Assembly (NCBI GenBank): GCA_963666285.1
Contig: OY762711.1
Reading direction: 5' to 3' (one strand)
Source of the DNA: Sedimentisphaerales bacterium
GTDB lineage: Bacteria; Planctomycetota; Phycisphaerae; Sedimentisphaerales; SM23-30
Length of the DNA: 64,000 nucleotides
Shown: piece by piece, positions 30,741 to 40,962 of the stretch
Layout: the number at the start of each line of letters is the position of its first letter
How positions within the stretch are numbered: position 1 is the first letter of the stretch
Program-made: the position numbers and the translations under genes
Notes under the pieces: generated by a model
Databases searched by the model: none
Seen by the model: the letters and a program-made list of their open reading frames with translations, nothing else
What the model was told of the DNA's origin: nothing

Positions 30741-30776
30741 AAAAAAAAGCCTTCGGCATATTACTGCACGAAGGCT
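30741..30776 (-). terminator. Intrinsic terminator after gspD
   Basis: AGCCTTCG/CGAAGGCT stem plus T-run on the minus strand. Confidence 0.7.
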
Positions 30777-30823
30777 GCTGAAAAGGTTTGCACTAAAACC
30801 AAAATTATTTTCTACATGTATCC

Positions 30824-32869
30824 TTACTGCTTAGGTGTCACCACCTGCTTCATGTTTTCGATATGATCGTTCAGAAGAGAATCTTCTTCACGCTCCTGCA
30901 GCAGTTTGCTCTTCAACTGTTCTTGGTCTGAGATATTACTCAGCACATCTGTTGTCTCGGCTACCTGCGGGGTAAGGAATATCAACAGCTCGGTCTTATC
31001 CTTGCTGGTTACTTTCCTCTGGAACAATAGACCCAGCAGAGGAATATCACCCAGCACTGGAACTTTATCAACTATCTCTGACTCGGTATCCTGCATCAAT
31101 CCGCCGATCACAATTGTCTGGCCATTGCGAACCGCTACTTTACAACTTGACGAACGCTTAGTGAATATTGTCGCGTTAACATTTTCCGTCAGCTGGATTG
31201 TATCATCTGATATCGTCGATATCTCAGGTGCGACATCCATGATCACCAGCCCTTCAGGGTTAATGTAAGGAGTAACATCCAGCATGATACCAATATCATC
31301 ATATTCGATAGTATTTACTGTCTGACCGGTCTCGGTATATGTCGAATCTGTAATAAACGGCACTGACTGGCCCACATTAATCGTTGCCTGCTGGTTATTA
31401 CTGGTCAAAATATACGGCCTGGACAACACATTCAACTTGCCGTCCTGCTGCAGGGCATACAGTTTTGCAGTCAGGTTGTCGTTCAGAATATCTGTTGTTA
31501 TGCCGTCTCCGGTTATCGATGGCAGGAAGTTGGTCGATGATGTCAGAGAGTTGCCGTTCGCCTCGGTATCAGAATATGAAAGCTCGACTCCAAGGTCAAA
31601 ATCATCTGTTACGGTCAGCTCGGCAATAAGTACCTTGATTAACACCTGAGGTATCGGCTTATCCAACTCTTCTATCACTGCTTTTATCTTGTCATAATTC
31701 TTGTTGGAGGTCAGAATTATCAAGGAGTTGGTATCACTATCAGACTCTATATAGGTCTCATCTGAAATATCATTTGAATCACTACTACTGCTGCTGTTAT
31801 TATTACCAAAATTACCGCCCCGCATTCCGCCGCCGCCGAAACCGGAGGTATTATCTTCGTTTATCGCTTCAAGCTCGCTGAACAGACTGTTAAGAAGCTC
31901 TTTGATATTTTCTGAATCGGCATTCTTCAGCGGATAAACATACAAACCTCGCTCTTCGTCCGGGTTACTGTCCAGTTCCTGTATCATATTACCGATAACT
32001 GTCAGGGTCTCACTCGGGCCGCTTACTACTACCGCGTTTGTCATCTCATCGTCTGCTGCTACCACACGCGAGGCGCTCGAACCACTGGAACTGCTGCTAT
32101 TATTGTCATCGTTGCCTCTTCCACCTCTGCCGCCAAATCCCGGAGGGCCGCCGCGGCCAAACATCCTGGATATCGGATTCTGCTCATCCGATGAATTATC
32201 CTCTTCGAACAGCTCGTTTATCAGGTTAGATACATTCTCGGCATCGGCATAAACAAGGTGAAATACACGGATCTCCGCAACCTTTGACATCTGGGTATCT
32301 AATGCATCTACTATCTTCGAGATACGTTTTACATTCGCACTGGTATCTGTAATTATAAGACTGTTACTTGCCTCGTTCGCGGTAAACTCGGCATATTCCG
32401 GCAGCAAACCGCTCAGATCATCTTTTAATTTCACCGCATCGGCAAACAATATCGGAATGATATGGGTTATCAACTCATCTGAATCCTCGATCACCTTGGG
32501 GTCACTGCCCGAACGCACCGGGATATTCATCATCTTCGCTTCGCTCAGCTGTACTATCTTCAGAATATTACCCGTCTTAACTACCGCATAACCATTCTCT
32601 TTCATTACTGAATTAATCAGCGATATTGCTTCTTCTATACCAACCGGCTTTTTGCTGATAATTGAAATACGACCGCTTAACTGGTAATTTGATATTATCA
32701 CCAGACCCGTTGACTCGGAAATATAATCCATTATCGTCGAGATCGGCGCATCTTTGAAATCAAGTGTCAGTTTAACATCTTCCTTGACACCTTCAACCTG
32801 GGCCAAACCAGGATTGGCCAGAACTGCCAAAAGCAAAAGCAATGTTGTTAGTACGCGTGTTTTGTTCAT
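30824..32869 (-). CDS. gspD: Type II secretion secretin
   Basis: LDFKDAPI, LDKPIPQVLI, NGQTIVIGGL, KVPVLGDIPLLGLLF. Confidence 0.93.
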   Translation of the reverse strand: MNKTRVLTTLLLLLAVLANPGLAQVEGVKEDVKLTLDFKDAPISTIMDYISESTGLVIISNYQLSGRISIISKKPVGIEEAISLINSVMKENGYAVVKTGNILKIVQLSEAKMMNIPVRSGSDPKVIEDSDELITHIIPILFADAVKLKDDLSGLLPEYAEFTANEASNSLIITDTSANVKRISKIVDALDTQMSKVAEIRVFHLVYADAENVSNLINELFEEDNSSDEQNPISRMFGRGGPPGFGGRGGRGNDDNNSSSSSGSSASRVVAADDEMTNAVVVSGPSETLTVIGNMIQELDSNPDEERGLYVYPLKNADSENIKELLNSLFSELEAINEDNTSGFGGGGMRGGNFGNNNSSSSSDSNDISDETYIESDSDTNSLIILTSNKNYDKIKAVIEELDKPIPQVLIKVLIAELTVTDDFDLGVELSYSDTEANGNSLTSSTNFLPSITGDGITTDILNDNLTAKLYALQQDGKLNVLSRPYILTSNNQQATINVGQSVPFITDSTYTETGQTVNTIEYDDIGIMLDVTPYINPEGLVIMDVAPEISTISDDTIQLTENVNATIFTKRSSSCKVAVRNGQTIVIGGLMQDTESEIVDKVPVLGDIPLLGLLFQRKVTSKDKTELLIFLTPQVAETTDVLSNISDQEQLKSKLLQEREEDSLLNDHIENMKQVVTPKQ

Positions 32870-32929
32870 AATCGGTATTCCTTAATATTTAATTTTTCAA
32901 TTAATTTTCTATACTTGGTTATTACTTTA

Positions 32930-33484
32930 CTACTTTATCTCTTTATTTCTTCGTTCCAGTAGTTTCTGGAGCACACTGCCGGAACCGGGACTGCTTGTCT
33001 CCGGCAATGCAGTGCCGCCGGACGACGATTCACTGCCAGGCATTGTTTCAGCGGTCTCATCATATGGTACTTCGGTCTGACCTTTCATGTCCGCACCTAT
33101 CACCAGCTCAATAGTCTCCTCACCCCGCTTGAAACTTACACCATCGGAGTCGATATTCTCAATTGTGCCGCCTTCAAACTCATCTGATATTTTCACTATC
33201 TGGCAATGCCCGGTAATGATATTCTCAAAAAAAGCATTCCACTGGTCGTTAATAGAAGATATACCTATCAGAATATAGCTCGAATATTTCTTCGGCTTGG
33301 GCCTGTCCTCGAAATCATCTCGCTCTTTCGGTACAAATTTCCTGGTCAGACGGTTAACCGAGAAAATATTCTTTTCGGTAAGAACCTTGAACTGCTCTTC
33401 ATATGCAGCATCGTCCTGTCCGAAAACCGGAATGGAACAGACATACACCAAAATCAAACTTAATATAACTACTGACTTTTTCAT
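32930..33484 (-). CDS. Hypothetical exported protein, possibly GspC-like
   Basis: KNIFS motif, beta-rich core, position next to gspD. Confidence 0.5.
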   Translation of the reverse strand: MKKSVVILSLILVYVCSIPVFGQDDAAYEEQFKVLTEKNIFSVNRLTRKFVPKERDDFEDRPKPKKYSSYILIGISSINDQWNAFFENIITGHCQIVKISDEFEGGTIENIDSDGVSFKRGEETIELVIGADMKGQTEVPYDETAETMPGSESSSGGTALPETSSPGSGSVLQKLLERRNKEIK

Positions 33485-33485
33485 T

Positions 33486-34049
33486 TTAGTTCGCCTCCTC
33501 CTCTGTCTCTGAATCTTTTGGAGGGATATAAGAATATAAAGATGATATATTCAACTGGATTGATGCCATGCCGGCCTCTGAGTCTTTACAACTCATATGA
33601 ACACTATTAAGCTTGATAGGCAGCTTGGAGGTCTCGATATACCAGATAAACTTGTATGCATCCAGGGCATAGCCGGAACCCGCGATAATAAATTCTATTT
33701 CTCCGGTTCCGTTACTTATCCCGGCATATTCAGGCTGGATCGATGACAGAATGATATTAAACCGTGATGACATCTGGTTCAGATACCTTACCATCTCGAT
33801 CTCGGTCTTCGCCGGACTGTCATTCAGCCCGTCTGCCATCATCTGCGTCCACTTACGCTGATAGGCAGGACCTTTGGTCTCTACTATATCCTGATACTCT
33901 TGCCGGGTTTCTACCGTACTATCCCGCAGCTCGCTGGTCTCCTCGCGGGCCGCCAGTACCGGGGTTATAACATACTTATCTGACAGCAGGATAAATATCG
34001 CTGCTATTGTCAGGATAAGCAGGTTTAACTCTCGTCGTGTCAATGCCAT
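33486..34049 (-). CDS. GspM/PilO-like membrane protein
   Basis: LTRRE plus a TM and coiled coil; T2SS context. Confidence 0.65.
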   Translation of the reverse strand: MALTRRELNLLILTIAAIFILLSDKYVITPVLAAREETSELRDSTVETRQEYQDIVETKGPAYQRKWTQMMADGLNDSPAKTEIEMVRYLNQMSSRFNIILSSIQPEYAGISNGTGEIEFIIAGSGYALDAYKFIWYIETSKLPIKLNSVHMSCKDSEAGMASIQLNISSLYSYIPPKDSETEEEAN

Positions 34050-34107
34050 TTAATTTTCCTCGTATATTTATGGTTTCTTTTTTTACTTTTCGTTCCAATT
34101 TTTCAGT

Positions 34108-34193
34108 TTTAAAACAAACCGTGAGCGACAGCGAATTATTCCTGATGTCAACGTACATCAGGACACATGAACTCTTCACTATTAGTTCTTCAC
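34108..34193 (+). repeat. Composite intergenic repeat copy with hairpin and CTTCACT tail
   Basis: TTTAAAACAAACCGTGAGCGACAGCGAATTATTCCTGATGTCAACGTACATCAGGACAC. Confidence 0.88.
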
Positions 34194-35533
34194 TTACTTA
34201 TATTATATTTAAACTGAATAGCAAAGGTCAGGTCCGTTGTGCTCTTGCCCGACTGCCTTATATGTAGAAGTTTTACATCACTGAAACTCGGGTTCGCTAT
34301 CAAACGATCGATTGTACTTTCGATCCGCTGTTTATTGGTTGAACTGCCGGTCATAACACCGACAAAATCCTTATCTAATGCCACACTGTTCGCCCAGATA
34401 TTACTCTGATCCGGAAACTCCTGGGTTATCTGCTTCAGACATTCACAGTAATATGCCTCGGTACTGCACCATTGCCGGGCCTTGGTAACTTTCTCTATTA
34501 TTACCTTTGAAGCCTTTACACTGTCTTCCAGGTTTTTAATTACCTCCTGGCTGCTGGATATCTCTAACTTATCCAGGTGCCAGTCGTACAAAAACCAGCC
34601 GATAAACAGCAGCAGCCCGGCACAGACTATCACTGCTTTACGTATATTATTCGTCAGCCGGGTATTAACCTTTTCCGTAAAATGATGAGCGGTAAAGTTC
34701 AGCACGAAACCCTTGTCAAGAAATGCCAGCTCGGCAATTGACTCGGCAATTGACCGGCATGCTATCGTACTGGCGGTAAATTGGATATTCGGGCTGATAC
34801 CGGTATTCAGCATATCGATAAAACCTGGCGCCTTTGCCGCTACCCGAAAACTGCACTTCTCGGCGGTATTAAACTCCGGATTACGCAATATCTCGCCTGA
34901 TATCTTCTGGGCCAGCTGCCTGGCGCTGCCGTCACCACTGCTGATAGTAGAAATATACTTTACACCCTGCTTGACAACTATTATCTTCGCTATCCGACCA
35001 TCCACATAAATTATATTCTCATCCGACGCCGGGTCGATCTGGTCTAAAAACAAACCTGCATCGCCGGGCACCACCGCCTCAAGCTCAAGGTTCGCGTTCT
35101 CTACCATACTTTGCAGGCCAAACAATCGTTTCTTCTGCAGACCGCCCAGGATTATATTATTCTGCGACTGACCGCTTACCGTACCGGTATAATCTATCGC
35201 CATATCTTCCGGGGAAAGCTTCAACTCACGCTGCAAACGAGAGTTCACTACTCCTCTTAGCATGGTCTTATCTGCCAGCGGCGGGATCTTTAGATTCTTT
35301 ATCAGAACCTCTGACGCCTGCGGAATCACAATTGCATCCCTGGTCTTCATACCATTAGCCGCTAAAAGTCTCGCAATTTCCTGCCCGGTCTTTACCGGAT
35401 CACTATACAGATTTTCAACTTTTACCGGCAATTCTGCCTGCTTACAGTCGTTATCAGGTTTACCCTTGATATATTCAAAAAGCGAGATCGACTCTTTGAA
35501 TATTTGTATAATTATTATACTTTTGTGTGCCAT
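34190..35533 (-). CDS. PilM/PilN-type (GspL-like) assembly protein
   Basis: Actin-like N-terminal part (LSPEDMAIDY), TM, PilN-like end (PSFSDVKL...FAI). Confidence 0.65.
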   Translation of the reverse strand: MAHKSIIIIQIFKESISLFEYIKGKPDNDCKQAELPVKVENLYSDPVKTGQEIARLLAANGMKTRDAIVIPQASEVLIKNLKIPPLADKTMLRGVVNSRLQRELKLSPEDMAIDYTGTVSGQSQNNIILGGLQKKRLFGLQSMVENANLELEAVVPGDAGLFLDQIDPASDENIIYVDGRIAKIIVVKQGVKYISTISSGDGSARQLAQKISGEILRNPEFNTAEKCSFRVAAKAPGFIDMLNTGISPNIQFTASTIACRSIAESIAELAFLDKGFVLNFTAHHFTEKVNTRLTNNIRKAVIVCAGLLLFIGWFLYDWHLDKLEISSSQEVIKNLEDSVKASKVIIEKVTKARQWCSTEAYYCECLKQITQEFPDQSNIWANSVALDKDFVGVMTGSSTNKQRIESTIDRLIANPSFSDVKLLHIRQSGKSTTDLTFAIQFKYNISK

Positions 35534-35635
35534 CTTGTACCTTTAATAACTTATTGTTTGCGCACTTAATTAAATACGGTAGCTTTTTTATTTATCATAT
35601 TCAGTTTTTACTGAATTTTGTATTTCATTATAAGC

Positions 35636-35720
35636 TTCGCCATGCGTACGCCTTTATACCAGGCAGTGAACCGTCAGGCGAACACCTTCTTTACATTTTT
35701 TATTTTACACTTTACTCTTT
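35636..35720 (+). repeat. Degenerate composite repeat with TTTACAC-type heptamers
   Basis: TTCGCCATGCG...GTGAACCGTCAGGCGAACAC...TTTACATTTTTATTTTACACTTTACTC. Confidence 0.7.
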
Positions 35721-35749
35721 TTTAGTCGCGCTGGCGACACATTAGTCCT

Positions 35750-37057
35750 TCACTTACCGTTCTGCGGCATTACTATCCGGTCCAGCACATCCTGCTCCAG
35801 CGGCCAGCCCAAATGTGACAGCGACTTCCTGTATACCACCTGGGCGCTATCAGCAGTATCTATTACGGCCCGGTATCGCCTGAACGCTTTTTTATTCCCG
35901 CACAGTCCCAAAGCATCAGCTGAAAACTGGTACGAATGTACTGTTATATAACTGCCGATTGCCACAGACTTATCCTTGTTGAGAACCTTGGTTACCCAGA
36001 GAATTGTGTCCTTCTCATCATCATCCAGCCGTTCACGCTCCCTGATAAGATCGTCGACATCGCTGCTCTCCAGTTCCGGCAGACAATTCAAAACTTCTTC
36101 CGGGGCAGTATTGACATTTATCAAACCTGTCAGCTCATCATCATCGGTCGTCGTAAACCGATCGGCTATCTCTTCGAAATCATCATATTTCATGTGGCTG
36201 GCATAATACACCTCGATAACATTCTGGTAATTCTGACGACTGCGGATATTGTTCATCGCGGTATATGAGGCATCCTGCTTCAATACCGTCTGCAAGACCT
36301 CCAAAACCTGGCTCTGGCTCCTCCGGTCGGAAACATTAACCCGCTCGCTGCCGTCTGAGTCAACATTCTTTTCATAACTGTAAACTGTTACATAATTATA
36401 AAATCCCATATCCAGTGAACCGTTATTGTTATCATCCGGCAAACTGTTATTGCCATCGTTTTCATTATCATCCAGCATACCGTTGGCATTATAGTCTTCA
36501 CCAAACAATATCTCTTTACTCGCTCCCTTTACCAGCAAAACTTCTTCAATTGTTTCAAAATTACTGTTCTTGCATTCATAACTGTCAGAGAGCAGTAAAT
36601 AATATTCGTTCTCCGCACCACCTTCTGTCACCTGGCTGTCCCGGTCACGCCAGTCGATAATTGAGGCCGCCAGCTCGCTTGTCATGCCCGGCAGCTTTAG
36701 CAGCATCTCCATCGAAGCCGAGTTCAGGTTCACCTTGCCGGCCTCGTCTACTACACCGTATGATACTGTTCTGTCAGATGACAAATCAGGCTTTATCAGC
36801 CAGTAATACCCATCACCAAGCTCAACCTGTTCGTAGCTGCTGCTCGATGATGAACTACTGCTGCTCTGGACATTCGCTTTCACATACTCTATCGCGCCCC
36901 TGGCAATATACTCAGCCTTTGCCGCCGCTATCTGGTTCTCTACCTGCAGAGCCTCTGTCCGAATCTGCCAGGCGAGTGTCAGCGTCAGACCTGCCAGGAT
37001 AGTAGTTATCCAGATCGTTATGATCAGGACCGTTCCTTTTGAGCTGCGCCTTCTCAT
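35750..37057 (-). CDS. gspK: Type II secretion minor pseudopilin K
   Basis: SKG-TVLI, DEAGKVNLN, IIDWRD, EEVLLVKG, INVNTA. Confidence 0.9.
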   Translation of the reverse strand: MRRRSSKGTVLIITIWITTILAGLTLTLAWQIRTEALQVENQIAAAKAEYIARGAIEYVKANVQSSSSSSSSSSYEQVELGDGYYWLIKPDLSSDRTVSYGVVDEAGKVNLNSASMEMLLKLPGMTSELAASIIDWRDRDSQVTEGGAENEYYLLLSDSYECKNSNFETIEEVLLVKGASKEILFGEDYNANGMLDDNENDGNNSLPDDNNNGSLDMGFYNYVTVYSYEKNVDSDGSERVNVSDRRSQSQVLEVLQTVLKQDASYTAMNNIRSRQNYQNVIEVYYASHMKYDDFEEIADRFTTTDDDELTGLINVNTAPEEVLNCLPELESSDVDDLIRERERLDDDEKDTILWVTKVLNKDKSVAIGSYITVHSYQFSADALGLCGNKKAFRRYRAVIDTADSAQVVYRKSLSHLGWPLEQDVLDRIVMPQNGK

Positions 37058-37776
37058 AATGACATCGCCTCCTCCTCTTCCGCCGGAGGCTGAGGTATCA
37101 AAAACTGACGTGACACTATTATCGATTTATAATCCTGGTGTCTATCCTGCTGGTATTTACTTTCTACGCTTTTGTTCTTCGGATACTCTTCTTTATCCAC
37201 CAGTTTCTCTATAGTGATTTTCACCAGCGGCGGCAGCAGGGTATATGTCATATTTTCCGAGTCCCAACTGGTCGTCCAGCTGGCACCGTCATAATATTCT
37301 ATTTCAAATGATAATATACCCCTGCATAATATCTCGGTCCTGGACTCTACCTCACTCTGTGACAGCAAATTGGTAGCACTGCGCTTCACCAGTGCATAGC
37401 CGTCCCATTGATCATATTTTTCCAGGCTGTATTCCGTCTGATATACATCACATGCTATCTCATCTTCACCCGGTATATAATTACTCGTATAGAAACTGAT
37501 AGATGAATTATCATTAATCGCTGACTCTTCTCCCACAAACGCTCCCGATAAGCTCATCTCCGGGTCTATGGCACAAGCCAGGTCAGACCTGATAACATCA
37601 AAGACCGCATTAATATCGGCAAACGGAGTTATCGCATTCTCCAGCGAATCCTTAGCCCGAAACGCTATATACAATGTACTGTACATCGCTGTGGTTATCA
37701 CTGCCATTATCGACATCGCCACCAGCAGCTCCAGTAGCGTAAAGGCGTTCTTGGATTGTCCGGGTCTTTTGTTCAT
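37054..37776 (-). CDS. gspJ: Type II secretion pseudopilin J-like
   Basis: AFTLLELLVAM prepilin motif; EYYDG...W. Confidence 0.8.
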   Translation of the reverse strand: MNKRPGQSKNAFTLLELLVAMSIMAVITTAMYSTLYIAFRAKDSLENAITPFADINAVFDVIRSDLACAIDPEMSLSGAFVGEESAINDNSSISFYTSNYIPGEDEIACDVYQTEYSLEKYDQWDGYALVKRSATNLLSQSEVESRTEILCRGILSFEIEYYDGASWTTSWDSENMTYTLLPPLVKITIEKLVDKEEYPKNKSVESKYQQDRHQDYKSIIVSRQFLIPQPPAEEEEAMSL

Positions 37777-37857
37777 TCTTTAATGTTTATTCTCGCGTCA
37801 ACTAAAACAAGCTGTAGGCCTTCAGGTCATTCACCTCTCACTTCTTACCTCTTCTTC

Positions 37858-38238
37858 TCACTCTTCCTCCGGCTCCACCATAGTCGTCAGCGTCAAGGTC
37901 TTCTCTACCTCGCGCGATGTCCATTTTACTGTCAGTTCCAGCTTCTTTACCGACGAAGTATCTGTCGAAATCAGATTCCAATGGTATCTCTCCAGGTATT
38001 CAAAATCTTCAAAATCGCCTTCGGCATAACCATTCCCCCAGTCTTCATCTACTATTATCTCGGCCAGTTTCGACTCTGCCAGCGAAAGCGCAATCGCCCG
38101 ATCTGACGAGGTACGCGCCAGGTTATTAATCAGCGTCAAACCTTTTACCGCTACCGGCAGAATTATCGCTACCATCAGAGTAGTAACCATCAGCTCCACC
38201 AGGGTAAAACCTTGATTATTTTTCTTCAATCGGATCAT
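37858..38238 (-). CDS. gspI: Type II secretion pseudopilin I-like
   Basis: GFTLVELM; LAESKLAE. Confidence 0.78.
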   Translation of the reverse strand: MIRLKKNNQGFTLVELMVTTLMVAIILPVAVKGLTLINNLARTSSDRAIALSLAESKLAEIIVDEDWGNGYAEGDFEDFEYLERYHWNLISTDTSSVKKLELTVKWTSREVEKTLTLTTMVEPEEE

Positions 38239-38758
38239 AAGTTATTTCTTCATCATCCTCATCATATTCCACAACCTGATAACGCTCTGTCGAACTCAGA
38301 CATAATATATCTATTACCCTCTCCTGAGGGTTGGTCAGCCTCATCCTGCCTGGCGAATTCTTACCCATCGGCGAAAATTCGACATAGTAAGATCCTTCAT
38401 CACGCTGCCAGTCTTCTATATCAACATCTATATCCAGCGGGATACTTATCTTCTTACTATAATCAGTCTCCAGGATCTCGTATCGGCCCTCATACAAATA
38501 GGTCAGCCAGAACTCATGCTTGTCGCTATTATAGTTAAAACGATAATAATTACTGTCTGATATCGCCATGGTAGATGCATATCGCATCATGGAATTGATC
38601 TTACTCGCGGTCTCGTTTATCTCTCTATTAGAAAAGAAACCGCGAAGTGACGGCGCCGCTATCGCCAGAACGGTACACAACAATACCATTACCAGGATAA
38701 GCTCCAGTAATGTCACTCCCCTATTCCTATTATCAAATTGTCTTTCAGGAGATGACAT
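38216..38758 (-). CDS. gspH: Type II secretion pseudopilin H-like
   Basis: GVTLLELILV...AAPSL; VEFSPMG. Confidence 0.78.
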   Translation of the reverse strand: MSSPERQFDNRNRGVTLLELILVMVLLCTVLAIAAPSLRGFFSNREINETASKINSMMRYASTMAISDSNYYRFNYNSDKHEFWLTYLYEGRYEILETDYSKKISIPLDIDVDIEDWQRDEGSYYVEFSPMGKNSPGRMRLTNPQERVIDILCLSSTERYQVVEYDEDDEEITYDPIEEK

Positions 38759-38837
38759 ATTCCACCGTTTCTATACTCACCAAATCCAACACGCCGAATA
38801 AATTCTGTTGCAGCAAAAAACAACCTTATCCGACAGC

Positions 38838-38900
38838 TTTAAAACTAACATGAGCGTCAGCGAATACAATATTACTTCTAACTTCTCGCTTCTAACTTTT
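38838..38900 (+). repeat. Short composite repeat with TTCTAAC heptamers
   Basis: TTTAAAACTAACATGAGCGTCAGCGAATAC...CTTCTAACTTCTCGCTTCTAACTT. Confidence 0.7.
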
Positions 38901-38904
38901 CCGC

Positions 38905-39354
38905 TTAATTTGATTCAGCTGCCCAGTTAGTAATATCATCTTCGGTATTGGCTTTTCCGTCCGGCCCTGCCGATGAAAGGTCAAAAGAATATTCATTACG
39001 CTGACCCGGCTGACGGTAGGTATATTCATTACCCCATGGATCCTTTGGTATCTCCTGCTTTTCCAGGTATGGCTTTTCCCACCCGGTAGCATTGGCAGGT
39101 TTCTCGATCAATGCTTTCAAACCTTCTGAAGTGGTCGGAAATCTGTCATTTTCAATCTCGAACGTATTCAACGCATTAGACAGATTCTTTATCTCCAGCT
39201 GGGTTGCAGTTACCTTAGCCTGCTTACCACGTCCGGCAAACTTCGGTACAATTACTGACGCCAGCGCCGCCAGGATCACCAATACCAGCAGCAGTTCGAT
39301 CAAACTGAAACCGTTATTTCTTCTTACTTTTTTCATCGCCTGTTTCTTTTCCAT
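38905..39354 (-). CDS. gspG: Type II secretion major pseudopilin
   Basis: GFSLIELLLV, PTTSEGLKAL, PKDPWGNEY, SAGPDG. Confidence 0.93.
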   Translation of the reverse strand: MEKKQAMKKVRRNNGFSLIELLLVLVILAALASVIVPKFAGRGKQAKVTATQLEIKNLSNALNTFEIENDRFPTTSEGLKALIEKPANATGWEKPYLEKQEIPKDPWGNEYTYRQPGQRNEYSFDLSSAGPDGKANTEDDITNWAAESN

Positions 39355-39444
39355 GACTTAATCCTCAAAAATATATATTACTACTCTATCATTTAGTTTT
39401 TCATATTCCATTCTAACTTCTAACTTCTCGCTCCTTGCTTCTCA

Positions 39445-40647
39445 CTATTTTATTAATTCCTGCAGACTAAAGATCGGCAGCAGCATACCTACAACTACTG
39501 TTCCAACTATTACCGCCATCAAAAACAGCATCAGCGGTTCGGCCATCGAAACTGCCAGCTTCAACTGGCGGTCCAGGTCTTTCTCATATGTCTCTGATAC
39601 CCGCACAAGTTCCTTATCCAGTCGGCCGGTCTCTTCGGCAACCGCAATCATCTCCACTACCGAACCCGGGAAAAAATCCTTACAGTCTGACAGAGAAGCC
39701 GCCAGCGACATACCGCCCTTTACCTGCTTGATTGTTGAATCTACTTTATTTGCTAATATCTGGTTGCCTATCGATTCCTTGGCAACTACCAGCGTCGCTA
39801 CCAGCGGCACACCCGAACCGGTCAATGTTCCCAGCATACGGGAAAACCTGACAAATGCAAACCTCGCTGTCAGCTTACCTACTATCGGAACCTTTAATAT
39901 CAGTTGCTCAAACATCAGCCTGCCCTCTGCCCGGGCAAGGTAGTTCTTCACCGCTAATATTGATATCACTATCAAACCTATTATCAACAGCCAGTAATCG
40001 ATAACAAACTGGCTCATCGTAATTATATATGTTGTCAAAGCAGGCAGCTTGCCGCCGAAACTCTCAAATATACTGGAAAACTTCGGCACAAAATAGATCA
40101 GCAGAAATACCAGGATCGAACTGCACAATACCGCCAGGGTCAGCGGGTAAAACATCGCGGCCTTGACCTTACCCTTCAGGTCCTGCTCACGCGAACGAAA
40201 CTCCGCGATCTGGGTCAATACCAGGTCCAGAAAACCGCCTGTCTCACCGGCCTGAACCATCGCGATATGAACTGATGAAAATGTCTTCGGCAGCTTACGC
40301 ATAGATTCCGCCAGTGACATACCGGCTGAAACATAATCGGCTATCATCGACCACTGCTTCTTACAGGCAGGCTTACTTGCCTCACGCACCAAAATATTCA
40401 GCGACCGGCTCAGCGGCACACCAGCTGTCAAAAGGTTCGCCAGTTCACGGGTAAAATTCTCGACATCGTTCTTATTCACTCGGCCCGTTCGGACACTACC
40501 GCTATCCGGCCTGGCCTCCTTAACCTCTACCGGGTCAAGATCCAGCTGGTAGATAAGCTCATATGCCTTATCTTTACTTACAGCACTTACCGAACTTTCT
40601 GTCACATTCCCCTGGCTGTCTATTGCTTTGTAGTCAAATTTAAGCAT
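39445..40647 (-). CDS. gspF: Type II secretion inner-membrane platform protein
   Basis: AGVPL, AGETGG, AMFYP, EETGRLD, EPLM. Confidence 0.93.
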   Translation of the reverse strand: MLKFDYKAIDSQGNVTESSVSAVSKDKAYELIYQLDLDPVEVKEARPDSGSVRTGRVNKNDVENFTRELANLLTAGVPLSRSLNILVREASKPACKKQWSMIADYVSAGMSLAESMRKLPKTFSSVHIAMVQAGETGGFLDLVLTQIAEFRSREQDLKGKVKAAMFYPLTLAVLCSSILVFLLIYFVPKFSSIFESFGGKLPALTTYIITMSQFVIDYWLLIIGLIVISILAVKNYLARAEGRLMFEQLILKVPIVGKLTARFAFVRFSRMLGTLTGSGVPLVATLVVAKESIGNQILANKVDSTIKQVKGGMSLAASLSDCKDFFPGSVVEMIAVAEETGRLDKELVRVSETYEKDLDRQLKLAVSMAEPLMLFLMAVIVGTVVVGMLLPIFSLQELIK

Positions 40648-40700
40648 CTAATATAATCTCAATCGATTTCATATTTTCTGTTTTTTATTTTATAATAAAT

Positions 40701-40810
40701 TTCGCAATTCAAAACTTTTAAAACAATCCGTGAGCGACAGCGAATTATTCCTGATGTCAAAGTACATCAGAACACATTAACTCTTCATTTAGTTCTTCAC
40801 TCTTCACTTT
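40701..40810 (+). repeat. Composite intergenic repeat copy with hairpin
   Basis: TTCGCAATTCAAAACTTTTAAAACAATCCGTGAGCGACAGCGAATTATTCCTGATGTCAAAGTACATCAG. Confidence 0.88.
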
Positions 40811-40854
40811 ACATCATATTCATTCTGACTCTAATATAATAGGCCAATCGTACA

Positions 40855-40957
40855 CATCGCGAAGCTTTAAAACAAAACGTGAGCCATCAGGCGAACACAT
40901 TAACTCTTCACCCGCTTGCGACATGCGAAGCATACTTAGTTCTTCACTCTTCACTTA
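40855..40957 (+). repeat. Composite intergenic repeat copy
   Basis: TTTAAAACAAAACGTGAGCCATCAGGCGAACAC...CACCCGCTTGCGACATGCGAAGCATACTTAGTTCTTCACTCTTCAC. Confidence 0.85.
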
Positions 40958-40962
40958 TTAAT

